Origin: Phoronis australis
Lineage: Eukaryota > Animalia > Phoronida
Reading direction: 5' to 3'
Assembly: GCA_002633005.1 (NCBI GenBank)
Contig: NMRA01000057.1
Location: 493,567 to 557,566, forward strand
Length of the DNA: 64,000 nucleotides
Within the stretch, counting starts at the first letter, position 1; the number at the start of each line of letters is the position of its first letter. The notes beneath the pieces were generated by a model. The model was not told the origin of the DNA. It was given only the letters and a program-made list of their open reading frames with translations, and searched no databases. This document shows, in pieces, positions 1-13,175 of this stretch. The translations under genes were made by a program, and so were the position numbers.

Positions 1-590
1 TTTTATATGGTTTTACAATTGTTCTCATCACTATGACAACAATGAAAATTTAATAGTGTACGTTTCGCGTAGTGCTTCAAAGAGAGTTCAGAAATTAGAT
101 GTCTGGATAGATGTAGGCGGGAAGGTTCGTTCCTAACAATTTTGTCAATTCGTTTTTTATTTCCTCTGTCAGGAGTTTGAAGACAGCAACAGCTTGGTAC
201 TGAATTGCTTAGGAACAGGGTAAGTTGAAACGTAAGTCTGATGAAAGGGTGAAAGCAACCAACTTGGTTGGTGATATATGCATGTAGTCTTTAAAAAAAA
301 CCTCGTTATTTCTTGTTGTACTTCAGTTGTTCAGAATCAAATGGTTCCAATTTACATATAATTTAGGACATAGAGTAGAATCTATTGTTCACATCAAACA
401 AGTGTTCGTCTTTTTGCTTTTTCCGTGAACAACACGAAGAAGCAATGTTACACTTGTATTTGAAATGTTCATTTGTTCAGGATTTTCGGTATTACTGAGA
501 ATAATGTGTGCTGCATTGGTATCAGCTACGATCTGTGCTGCGTTTGGGTGAGTGAATTTCTTGAGAGAAAAGCGAGATTAGCCTCGCCTT

Positions 591-670
591 CAGTAACGCT
601 AGGACCTTCGCGAGATTACGTGAGCTATTGCCGTGTATTTTCAATGAGAACACGTGATTCTGGCTAGACT
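591..670 (+). repeat. Dispersed repeat, copy A (similar to 22780-22885)
   Basis: Shares cartaacgctagga...cttcgcgagattacgygagmtaytgccgtrtatt...tggctaga with 22780-22885. Confidence 0.6.
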
Positions 671-806
671 TTAACTAGGTTCTAGCATAGGTCCAAGCGC
701 TACTTAACGCACCCCAGGTCTTCGTGAGGAATCGCCATGCAATACCGCCTATTGTGGGCATGGAGGACTACGTCGACTTACAATTAAATGCACTCTTTGT
801 TTTCAT

Positions 807-862
807 GACAGCCAGACAGGTGTACAGACAGACAAACGGACGGAGGGACGGACGGACAGACA
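807..862. repeat. Imperfect (GACA/GACG)n microsatellite
   Basis: gacagccagacaggtgtacagacagacaaacggacggagggacggacggacagaca. Confidence 0.7.
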
Positions 863-1223
863 CGCTACCAAGCAGGCACCCAAAACTGAACAACAAGAAC
901 TTATTCCAAAGAAGCATTTTAATATATCTGCTCTGCAACACATCAAAATAAGCTGGTGTAATTTTTATTTGTAAACCAAAAATTAAATTAGGAAGCCTTT
1001 CGAAAGGTTTTCGACCGCAAATATGAAGGTCCTCTATGCAAATATAAATAAAAGGCGAATGGAAAAACAATACGACTAAGTAAATAGGCCGAAATAGGAA
1101 GAGACACAAATTATTAGATATACTTAAGAAAATAAAGTGAAGTAGACGATTGATCACATTTTATTTTTGGCCAAAACATGATCACGAAATTTAAAATTAA
1201 CCCGCAAGTAAACAAAGACATGT

Positions 1224-1378
1224 TGACCCGACGTTTCGGTTTATTCACTATAAACCATTCTCAAGGCTAAATTTCACATTATTCAATCAGGCGACACAGG
1301 TGGAGAACACCAGGTGCTCAGATCTTAGACAAGGATAATGCCACCCTCATGCTCCTCATAAAGGAGGCTGATTTCTGG
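1224..1378. mobile_element. Penelope-like retroelement relic: minimal hammerhead motif (-) next to a GIY-YIG C-terminal fragment (+)
   Basis: The minus strand of 1224-1268 reads agcc-TTGAGAA-t-GGTTTAT-agtga-ATAAACC-GAAACGTC-gggtc. The plus strand at 1319-1375 encodes QILDKDNATLMLLIKEADF, resembling the ILD...IKEA motif of the Penelope GIY-YIG endonuclease. Confidence 0.5.
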
Positions 1379-4226
1379 TCTCACAGTGCATAGTTAGGAG
1401 CATGCAAATACTTCTTGAAGCTGCTTTACTCGAGATCCTGTTGTCAACTTGCCCAACTTTCGTCGCATTTACACATTAGATCGCAAACTGAATTAGCATG
1501 AGTCACTTACACGAAGACTGTCTGAGCATGCTCACATGCCCGGTTCCATTCACCCTACGTTTAACCTTGGAATTTGACCGGTAAAAAGTTGTTTGTGACT
1601 TGAAACCCTATTTTTGTAATTGTGCTTGTTTTTGACAAAAAGCAGTGTCCCATATACATATATCGATGCACGAGCAGCTAGCTAAATTGTAAAAAGTAAT
1701 TACGCGCATGGCGTGAAATAATTTGATCAAATTACATACCTGCCAAGCTACTAGTGCCTTCAGCAAAATACAAACAAGACCCGCACATTGGGTGGTGGCT
1801 GGTCTCAGCAGATCTGCATTCACACGTGCTTGGAGTATGCTGTAAATCACTTTTTGTTCACAAAAAGTGTAGCAATGTTGAAACAATCTGGATGACCCAA
1901 TAGATCTGGAATTCCAAAAAACCCATTTGAGGAAGAATTTAGCATTATACCTAAGGGCACCACCTTACTACAAAATCACGGATAATCCAGTAAATGTAAC
2001 CATAAAGCTCCAGCTTTGGAATGCCAACCCCCATCTTGCGCCCACTGAGGCTGCGCCGCGCATGCGTGAAAGTTGTTTGCATTCGTTTGTTGCTCTGAGT
2101 ATACTTGTTATGGAATTTACTGTCATTAAAACTTTTCGCAACTCCGCCGTTTTTAACCGAATTGCATAAGAGCCATATCATTAGAAAGCCATTTGTCAGT
2201 CGTTGATGATTATACCAGAAGCATTTAAATAAATAGTTTAATTCAAAGGTAATTACAGACCTGACTGGTTTAAAAATATATTTTAATTCTCAAAATCAAG
2301 AGTGTTTCCAAAATGCAAAAAAATAACAGAGAAATGAACCGGAAATGTTGTATATATGACTAGTTAAGCCATTGCGAAATGATTCAAAAGATTTCTACGC
2401 TACAAAGACATTGGTTTTAGAATATGGATCATTACACTTGCTGTGCATAATTTAGTCAGGCATTCATTCAGTACTATTCATCTTTACATATTATAATTTA
2501 TTGGACGTTTGATGTCGTTTGATACAATTACATTCTTTAATAAAAATTCAGCATGCAGAGACACTTGCGAAAAATGCGATAAACTACTCCAAGTATCTCT
2601 CCGAAATTTGCAAATAAAGGTTTTCTGGTAGATAAAAACGAGCAAACATCTACATGTACATGTATATCGCGTAGCTTTCAAATGTATTGTTGATAGCTCA
2701 CCACAGTGTTTATAGCGTACGACTTTCCATAAAAGTTTAGAAATAAACTCATTTCTTCAAAAAGTAAAAAACAGTGAGTCTGATACATGCAGTATAAGTG
2801 TTATCGTAAACAAGAGACATTGGAACACATTTTTAAAGAACCTGGACTTTGGAGAATAACTATGCTTATAAAAAGAGACAAAGTTATTTTGAACAACTGT
2901 TAAATAGTTGTCACAGTCAACATTCAAGAACGAAAAAACGGCACAACTGGATTGAAAAGCGGGACTTCAGGATAAAAATCGGAACATCTGAGTCAAAACC
3001 AAAACGTACGGGTGAAATGTTCGCTGCAACACACAAAGACATACCGACGGCGATTTTTGTCAAACGGGAGATGTAACACCCGAAAACGCCCCACATCGTT
3101 TTTCGTTGTTGTTGTTTTTATAGTTGACTGGGAAATTGCGGGCGCCGAAAAAACTCATGAAATGTCCCGCTTTTTGTTTTTAGTCCAGCGGGAAAATACG
3201 GTTAGGTCACGTGGTAAATTACAATAGTGCACGATAGTACATGTACATGTATGTCACCCATTTGGCATTAGTTCTAATAGAATACATGTGTCACGTGCGG
3301 GAGTTGGCATTCTTCCCAAATGTTATGATTTTTACATTTTTTAATTCACTCTTCAAATTTTATGGTTTCACATAAGTTTGAATTCAACTGTTTGGTATGA
3401 CGTTATTTTATTTTCAAACAAATTTCACTTTGGTTCCTCTATTTGCTAAAGGTTGACAGTAAATTTGTAGTATGCGCTTCTTAACAAGAATTACTGTAGT
3501 CTAAAAACCTTAATCCGGAAAAGTCAAGATTAGCGCACAAACCCTGTTTTACGCGAATACCATATAAATGTCAACCACAGACCATGCTTTAAAAGTCCAG
3601 TTTTTGTGCCAGACGGATGTGTTGCTTACGTCATACTTTAGAAAAGGAAATGCTGCAAAGAACAGCAAACGTCCACCTATACTGTTTAATCGGAAAATCG
3701 ATTTCACGGCTCGTCGTGTACGCTTCGATGCAATATAAACTATGAATCTTAGATGTGTGACTAGAAGACCGTCATACGAAATGGGAAATAAATTATTATA
3801 GCGCCCAAGGGCGAACATTCTACATACGCAAATACGCACTCAAAATACATGTGGTTAATAGCATTTGGAACATGTTTGCATTTATTAAGATTTCTGTCAA
3901 ATACAATACTTGTTGTAATCAAGTCACGTTTTATATTCAGACTCGGGTCTCTAAACATGGTTTACAGTGAAGTTAAGTTATCTGATTTCGCGTCTGGTGT
4001 GTACTTTGTTGGAAATATTTAGTTTCGCCCAGAGCACAAGGGATCGGTTTTATCAAAAGTCGTACGAACGGTCGCAGGTAACTATAATCGTAGACGCAAA
4101 GGCGAGGCTGCATTTTTAAGTGAAACATTGCTACTGTTCAATCGTACATGTAGGTCAGTCGCACCATCATAAACCACGTACAGGTAACGAATTGTTTGCC
4201 AATAAAAATTAAATATCAATCCAACA

Positions 4227-4372
4227 TACGGTGGCCCAAAGATGACATCTCGCGTTTCTTTTTTAATTATCTCGGGATTTCGAGATCCCGAAATACTTGT
4301 AATTATGTCAGGATCTTGAGTTCCTGTGATAATTAAAAAAGAAACGCGCAACGTCATCTTTGGGTCACCATA
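4227..4372. mobile_element. Foldback MITE with ~65-bp inverted arms
   Basis: Left arm tacggtggcccaaagatgacatctcgcgtttcttttttaattatctcggga; reverse complement of right arm tatggtgacccaaagatgacgttgcgcgtttcttttttaattatcacagga. Confidence 0.75.
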
Positions 4373-7300
4373 TTAACGCGGGATGCATAACAGTAAAACA
4401 TTTTGTGGGCAGGTCCGCCTATTTTGTACGTACACACAGGCGCACTTGACAATTATGACGAAGACGACAATGGCGACTGGTGATGATGACGGATGGCTGA
4501 AGCTCTTACCGCGCCGGGTTCAACTGGCAATTACATGTAATTTGAAGCGAAAGTTTATTGCAAATGGTTTAACCTAGCGCTTTACTGTCTATGCTATGCG
4601 ATGAATTCACCGTATCGTCAGGCAAGTTAATGGTCGCTTTCGGGTTACTGAAAATTAATAGCGTCAATCGACTGTCGTTCGCGATTATCGGTCTTTCTTC
4701 CCAACAATTAGTCCGCCCACAGCGATAGTAACTCTTGTCGGTCTAGTAAAATCTGAAAGGAACTAATTTCTTTAAATTCGCATTTTAGTGTTGATTTGGC
4801 TAACAATGAATTATGAAATGACGTTTAGTATTATTTTTAGACTACAACTTTCTTACTACTTCCACTGTAGCTTCCAGAAAGAAAGATGGCTGCCAGTACG
4901 GGACTGCGCAAAGCTATCGATCTCGTTCCGCCTTTAATTTGATTATGACTGAACAGACGGAAACGACGAAGTCGCTAGCTACATTCGAATCAGACAAACA
5001 AATGTTACGTAACATTTTAATGACTTAATGTGCAACTACTGTGTTCTGTTGAATCAAGTTTCGTTCTATCTAATTATACATGTAATAGCGGAGAGCAATT
5101 ATTTCTGTGCCGACTGTCTGTAAGTTACAGGTTTTGATAGAATGTACATTCACAAGAATTTCGCAAAAGTCTAGATTGCTGAGTAACATTTTAGACGCTT
5201 ACATTTGCGGCGAGCGACTGCTTGAGTAAGTAAAAAATCGACAGTATCAAAAGAACATAAATCATATTTGACCCTCGAATCTAGCAACGCTGTCTTTGGG
5301 TTCAGACACATCAGTCTCCATGACCAAAACGACAAGATGGCCGGCTCATCAACGAAAGCGATCATCCATCTGATTTGTGAAAATAAAGCTCGTCAAATGT
5401 TTGGGAACACCTAGATCATTCAGGTTTTGGATTTTTCATGTTTTTAGCAAGCGAATAACTGATTACGTAGGCAAAACTCATGTCCCGGAGCACAAAATTT
5501 GAAGAATTTCCACGACTCTAATCCAATTCTTGCTGCCCAAGGTTTTCTACTTCGCTTTACTTGTCTCGGAATATAAATCTGCACGTTCAAATATCAAAAC
5601 CTCAATAATCAGTCATGAACTTATGAAAATACAAACAACTATCGTTTTGTCCATAAAAACATGACCTCGTAAATCCAGTCAAGCATAACCACGGATACTC
5701 ATGAGGACGAAATCTGAAAAGTGAGGTTGACTTATTTCTTAATGTACGTAATTCATTATGAATAGAATAGTCACGTCTCAGATTAATCAACCATGAACTT
5801 AATGCGCCTTAAAATAAATCTCAGTTGAAAACGTGTATTTGTAAAATAAATGAGCAAGACAATTAAAAAAATGGTCTGTCATTCTCTGATTTATTTTGTC
5901 ATCGTCACTTCAGCATGTTCCGACAAATACTAAAACAACATTGATCTACTTATATAGTGAGGTCAGGGTGAACTCTCGCTACAGAAAAGCAATAGTTGAG
6001 GTTCGTGTTTATGCTAGTAACGAATCTGGTAATATTTTCCATTGCAAAGTTATGAAATTGCCCAAAATCAAAACAAAATGACCGCAAGTTTCGTTGTCTT
6101 AATTATTACTCAGTAATTTAATCAATCAACAAACCAATTTGAAATGTTCCGACCTTATGACGCAGTAGACATTGTCTGTAAGTTGACTGGATTGTTCGAC
6201 AGCAGTTCAAGATAGGAATGATTAACGTGACAATGTTCTTGAAAGCGCTTTAGTTAAGTATTCAGTATTCAGCATTGACAGCTAAACAGCGGAAAAATGC
6301 AGTTTAAGTTTATCATTGTTGGAAATAACCAGTAACAGCTGCCACATAGACATGACAACAAATGATTTCATGTTAAAAATTTAAAGGTACTCTTTCCTTT
6401 AAATCACCAATTTAGAATACACGATGAGTTTCGTTGGAATTTCAGGGAGTATTCCCATACAGACCACGTCATTCAAATCAGGTCAACTTTAACAAGAAGC
6501 AGCGTAAATCGCCAACTAACTAGCTTCTGGCACATATAGTTGAAGGAACGAATAAACAACTTTATTGCATGTTCTAAAAATGCTCATGTACAAAAATAAA
6601 ACAATACACTCTTTGGTTTTCTTAAAACAACTAGGACTGGGTGGGTAGTCTCTCACACTGCCTAACGGAGTAATGCACCAGCGCGTGTGCAGACAAAAAA
6701 CATCGAATGCTCATCCAGCACTTCCAAAATCACGGCAACACGTATACCTACTTACAGTTGTACACATTGATAAAAGTAAAAGCGATTTACGGAGCATAAA
6801 AGCATCAGATGCATGTCGATAAATGTTTGCAGAAAGCTCTTGTTCGGTATCCCATGTTTACCCCCTTAATGACGGAGTACTGAATTTTTCATGCGCATAA
6901 TCGATAGCTAGACAATAGGACGACAATTTGAAACTACGGCGGTATCGACCCATTAGGAAGGCAAAGAGCTCACTGGCAGGATGAATATTTTAATAATGCA
7001 AGTGTAAGTAGAACGGTGAACTCACCTGGGTCTCATGAATAGTGATAGATAAACTGATGAACATTACGTGTGCTCTTGCGTGACTTGTGTCCGTGTTAGC
7101 TAAATATGCCTGGGGATTTGTATGGGCGTTGTTTTCGATTTGTACCGAACTCCTGGAATTAGTTGACGTATACTAAGATATTAGTCATATTTATGAATTT
7201 TGTAGGTGACACCAGCAACTGTGAATCTGTCTGAATGCCATTGCCTCAGCGTCACAATTAATTTGCGATGTTATAATTTGGTCTGAATGGTTTTGTCATT

Positions 7301-7392
7301 GTGATCGTTCCACTACTGGGGTTCATGTAGTGACAGACGAACTTTGGAAGTACACGCCAGCGTCGCGTTGTGACATAGGATCACTGACAGAA

Positions 7393-10300
7393 ATGAATCT
7401 CTTCCCAAAGGTAAGTTTTAAAGTGAAAATACGTCTGCTTCTAGCAATGATGCACGCTGTGTCGCTGTTGACGGGCAACCGGGCAAAGAACCCCTATTGC
7501 GGATATTTCCATGATATAGTAGGAAACGTCGAAATATTTTTAAGTCAAGGCAGATTGTCTTAACATTGCGTTAACTTGCGTTGCCTGAGTAGATGGCCGA
7601 CCGTGACACGTTTCTTAGGCGATATGGTGAGGCAGATGATTACCTGAAACCAAACTCGCTATCAGAACATCTCAAAGTGAATAAACATTTTGATGAAACG
7701 GGTTGAAGAGAGGCGAAAATGACAACTTTGGTAAACAAGTCTCAAATACGAACAGGCTCTGAGTGTAGGGCCTTTAGTTTCTTCCAACTCAGTCGGCTTC
7801 TCTCCTGTTTTAGAAATCTTCTGATGAACTACATGCGCCTTGAGGGACAGTGCCCTTTCACTTTCAACATTTTGTTGAAATTTCAAACTCTGAATGTCTA
7901 AAAAGAATACTTGGTTCGCATTCTTCAGAATCAAGAAAACGACAATACTTTTTACGAACAAATCCACATTTAGTACACTGCACAAGTTGTAGGCAGGTCT
8001 CAATAGTCTCTTCAGTGAGGTTGTTAGGGACAGTCGAGACGCCTACTCGGGGTACATGTGGAGGTATTTTGTCCCGTCAGGCATTTTCTCGACGACCCTA
8101 TATTTTACTTTCTCGGGTTATTATCAGTTTTTATCTTTAGACCATCGGTCAAATCGTCTCTGGTCGGTAAAAAACGTCCTCATAGAAGAAGAAATTCGTC
8201 TCCTGGTATTGTATCGGACAGGGTACCATTTCTTGTTGTCTTGGGTAAGGCTAGCCTTTTCCCGGTTACCAAAATTTCGGTCTGGATTATGTGGCGGTAT
8301 CTCATGGACCATTTTTGGAAGAGAACTCCTGGTGATAGAATACAATATTGCACTGAATATAATCATTAAAGGCATCGTTATTTCTTCATTATAATATTTA
8401 TGCTCTAATAGCACTGATATTGTATCAGGACGCTCTCGCATCCTTCAGTATGGTTTTTGGAGATGTCGATTTGGTCACTCGCTAAGGTAAACCATTTGAA
8501 ACTTGTGAATACCATCGACAATTCGGAATGGAAGTCTGCCCATAGAACCACCGCCACGATATGTTCAAGACAAATGCATAAGGATTGGTCAGGACTTTAT
8601 TGGCATGTCTTGGTATTTAGTCAAATATCTGCAAACATTTAGGTTTATCTCATTACGTGACCTCGACTTTTTAATAAAATTTAGCAATGGCACATGGAAA
8701 TGAATGGCACACCAAATCGACGGTATCAATTTTTATTCCATGTAAATTTCAAGATGAAACCTCAAAGAAGCTGCAACAGTTTTCTAATTATCATTTCATT
8801 TTCGCTTTATGCAACCCTTGAACTTCATCATGAAAAGTTCTATTTTTGACAAACCCTCGTGCAAAAATGGAACATTCTAATACACTTCGTAACAGTGCGT
8901 ATAACAGTATCTGAAAATTTCATGAATCCTATCGATCTTTTCTCAGATATGATGTTCCAAAGTTAGCCAAATTTAGACATTTTTCCAAGGTCTTACATAA
9001 ACTTAACCTCGCCTGTATTTCCAAAGGGGCTAATGTACGAAAGCCTTATAACAGATTTTCTTGTTATTGCAGGATATTGTACTATTTCCGCTACTTATGC
9101 TTTGTCTCCACGTCTCCAAGCAAGCAGTACCTGGTGAGTTCGAAATTATCTTTTCGACGGCATGTTCCATAACATGGGCAGTAAACATTTTTCTTCCAAG
9201 ACCAAAATAGTTTACAGGGTGTCAAAACGACCCTGCGTAGAGTTTCATTGTGCTGCGTACCTACTGCGTCAAAATAGGCTGCGTACTCATGACGAAGCTG
9301 CTGCTGCTGCATGCAAGATGAACGTATCCATGCATAAGGTACATGTATGCACAGGCTAGCGTTGTCGTAGAACTTGAGTAGGAAAGTGTATAATGGAGTA
9401 AGCGTGCAGTGGCACAGTGTTGCATAGACTTGCGCGAAAATTGCGCAGTTGGTGTGGCTAGTTCTTTACATCAAAAGTACACTAACAATTAATCGTGTTT
9501 CATGTTGGCGCTCTTCTCGCGTACTGTCGTTCAGGACAGCCGCGTACATACATGTAGTAGTGCAAGCGTAAACTCTGACGTCGCACTACGCACTACAAAT
9601 CTCTGTCAAAGTGTGGCTAAGACTTTGGTTGCGGAGAAAAATAAATTCATATTACTAACCGGATTTGTAAAAATGTCCGAGTCGAAGACCTGCACCGGCA
9701 AACAATTGGCTCGATAACGGCTAAGACTATCATTCGAGAAACCGGGCCAGACAATTTTCAACAGGGCATAACTTTACCAGGTCACCGAACATTTTTGGGA
9801 GTGCCGTAGTAAAATGTATCTTCATTCAAATATTTTAATTGAAATTCAGCAATTTTAATAAATCGTGGTCTATAGATAGAATCATTTTACGCCTTGTGAT
9901 GTTGAAACACGTTTATGTTTGTTTATCAGAACCGACGTGCACTAAAGACAGGCTGCCACGATTTGACCACACCGTTGCAAATTTCGCCCAGTGGCCGGCG
10001 TCCGACGAATGTCAGACAAGCTACGAGATAGAATGCGAGCCGGGATACGAGATGACACTGATCCGTACCTGTGATAAGAAGTCCGGCAGCTGTCAGCCGC
10101 CAACTCTTAAATGCACTAGTAAGTTTTAATGAATACTCTAGAATCAGTTGTGGTCACCATCACCACGGTTACCAACAACATTGCCACCATGGTTACCGTA
10201 GAGGTGAATTCCAATTAAACATTCGTAAGGCTGTTAAAGCGTAAAAATCATCATACGAGAGTGGAATTCTTCCGTTAAGTACACGAATGAGCTAATTTCT

Positions 10301-12514
10301 CGACTTTCGATCACACCGAAAAAAGATATATGGGAATTAGGTATAGAATCGATCACTAAAGACTACTTTGACAATTTTTAATTTACAGAGACCATTTCTT
10401 AATGTTTACTAAACACTCAACTTGATAACTAACTTCATGACTGGCCTTGGACATATTTTAACTACCTGTTAGCGATGAATGTTGTTTTTTCTATGTTTAT
10501 AGTAGTGCTTCTTCGACTGACCACAAATAGCGTGTAATTCGATTGTATTACATGTACTTAACACGCGTTGGTCCGGACTGGCTTCAGTAAAACTACCTGT
10601 GGTGATTTCGTGTGAGTTTGGCGAGATCACTCAAGACCACGCAAATTAAAGGCTCGTGTTTTACGAGCTCATTCGTGGACGTACTGGCGTACATCATCAA
10701 ACTGACTGCCACTGAAGACATGGTAGAAAATTGTAGTATACCTTGCTGTTTTCACTCCATAAACCAACATATCCCGCACAAGTGCTTCGCCTTGAGTGCC
10801 CAGGGCAGCGACACGGAACACAATAACACATGCAAGCTTCTTTGCGCAAGTCTCCATCTTCTAATGACACCATCTGTAGCTCGACATATAGCAAGTCGAA
10901 ATTGATTAACGTGTAAAGCTGCCACCTAACCACTGTTTTCTCTCCGCAGTCATCTCGTGTCCGCCTCCATACGCCGTTCTTAATACCACCATACGTTACA
11001 ACACCACCACATACAAGTCTGTAGCCACATACACGTGCGATGACGGTCTCTACCTAACATCTGGGTCAGCTACGAAGACGTGCGAAGCCGACAAGCAGTG
11101 GACGTTTGACGACCCTTATTGCAGTTGTATGTTCTCGTTTTTTAACTGGAAATATTTGATAAGTTTCTAGGGTGAAGGTTAACCGAAAGATGACGTGGGC
11201 AAAAAGTTGCAAAAGTTATTCCTGTCAGTCACCAGGTGGCACGGAAGTTCGGTAAATCGAAAATTTACGAAAACTGGAACCACAAAGAGTTACCAAACCC
11301 AAAAAATGATTTGGCGTCCATTTTTATACCCGGCGTCATGCTTTTTTGCGATAAAATTACCGTTCAAGGTTAAATAATCTGACCTGATCTAATGAAACGC
11401 TAATGTTGGCTCTCGAAATAACTCTATTCGTCTAGTCAACGTTTAATCGACCGGAATTGCTTCCAAAACTATCTTCTGAGAATTTTCTACGGCGGAATCA
11501 ATTTGAACGCTAAGGCCAATTCGGTTAAGTAACCGCTTAAATACGCCGTGTAGGTATTGCTCAAGCTCATGCAAATGTCTGGAACAAGTCTTCAAAATTC
11601 TACGCGTTTCAGTTTTATCTCAGGCTAAACGTTTACTAAAGAAGTGACAGGAAGCACAAAGTAATGCAATTGCTTTGCACTATTTTGGTAAAAGATTCTT
11701 AACCTCCGCTTGACTGGTTCACAAAATCCAAGCTTGGCACGTTATTTGCCAGGGTGAAATTACCCTGGTTGTCGGTTACGATTGGGGAAAAATATTTGCG
11801 GCGTCGTTGAAGCTATGGTGGAAGAAGTCAGACCTTATTGAAGGAGCATTTGCCATGATCCATACACATTTAGTGCGAACAGTTTTCATCGCTGATCTTC
11901 GACGAGAGGAGATTTCGTAAATTCTTTGTTGGTCGTTGATACAGTTTTGTTCATTACTATCGTTGTACTAGGTGTTCGCCAAAATCACTGCAAATAGTTA
12001 TAGTAGATGATTAACCCTTGGTACTGATTTATAAGACTTTCCAACGACATAAATCTTCATTCTGCACCAGAAGTAAACCAGGAACCAACTAAACAGGTTT
12101 CACGGAATAATTTTATTTAAAATGTTGTGTGATGTTCAGCATTGAGCCAGAGAAGCAACTTGCGTGCTAATACTTTGATGCTGTGAATCACTTGATCATG
12201 CTGTTGTATTTGCAGTTGATAAACCCACAACCACGGTTGATTACAACGCCACTACGGAGCAAGTCATGACAACAACGACCACAGCGACGCCTGTGTCAAA
12301 CTTCACCGGTTACAAACCCATAGTGGAGAGACCAGATCGACCAAAGGCGTTTGAAGCGGATAATGCAGACGCAATCGGGGCCGCGGTGACAGTCATCTTC
12401 TTGTCGCCAGTCATGTTTTTATTTATTATCGATTTCATACAGATTGGCTTTCAGATAAAGGTGAAAATTACAAAAATATTGGCCGCCAGAGCCAAACAGA
12501 ATGTTATTGTTTAG
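7393..12514 (+). CDS. Type-I membrane protein: signal peptide, two sushi/CCP domains, Thr-rich stalk, TM helix, short tail (247 aa)
   Basis: Exons 7393-7410, 9073-9133, 9930-10118, 10950-11126, 12216-12514; all GT-AG, intron phases 0,1,1,1, total 744 nt. Signal MNLFPKDIVLFPLLMLCLHVSKQAVP; canonical CCP ISCPPP...ATYTCDDGLYL...KTCEADKQWTFDDPYC; TM AIGAAVTVIFLSPVMFLFIIDF. Exon 1 is the least certain. Confidence 0.85.
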
Positions 12515-12969
12515 AGAAGTTGATTTTATACACAGGCACGTGTTCGAAGAAGTCATGCCAAGCATAATGAGGACCAACTATTCTTCAGGCACGAACAGAG
12601 ACAGAGACTTCGCGCCACCTTTGTGGTCTTCGTGCTGAAATCCTCCTGGTTGACACAGAAAAGCGTAGTTGATTTTGGCCTCTGCTTTTTTGAAATCGAG
12701 TCTGTTATTTTAGTTATTCACTTTCTCAAAAAAATCAGAGGAGAGCAAAAATAATCGAGGACCAGCATTTCAAGAAACACGTTCTAAGTGTGCTAGAAAT
12801 TCTGCCGAGGACACGTTAATTAACTGAAACGTTGTGTCTTTGTTATTCCCCTCCCTCGAACGTAAACGGAGATCTGAGTTTCTTCAAAATTTTCTATTAT
12901 ATGATTCTAACAAGCACTGGCACGTTTTACAATTACGTCCTTCGTTGTTTGCTATGCGGATGAGTCACG

Positions 12970-13175
12970 AGGCCCGTTCTAAGAAACTGACTTAAGTTCA
13001 TTTTTGACCTAAGTCTAAGATTAGTCAAAGTTAAGACAAAACTCAGTCATAAACTTACGTCAAACTTAAGATCTCGTTCTTGTAACGAACTTGAGAGACA
13101 AATTTAAGTTTCATTTTAAAATCGGCAAGAATTCAAGATTTGTCTTAGCTAAGTCAGTTTTTTTGGAGCAGGCCC
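12970..13175. mobile_element. PIF/Harbinger-type MITE
   Basis: Left TIR aggcccgttctaagaaactgactta; right TIR (revcomp) gggcctgctccaaaaaaactgactta; ACG on both flanks is a possible 3-bp TSD. Confidence 0.6.

Noticed and set aside
173-219. Possible small exon (ag...gtaagt)
   Set aside because: Splice signals are plausible, but it cannot be linked to a gene or frame within the window.
238-256. CTGATGA...GAAA hammerhead-like string
   Set aside because: Helix II and helix III cannot form.
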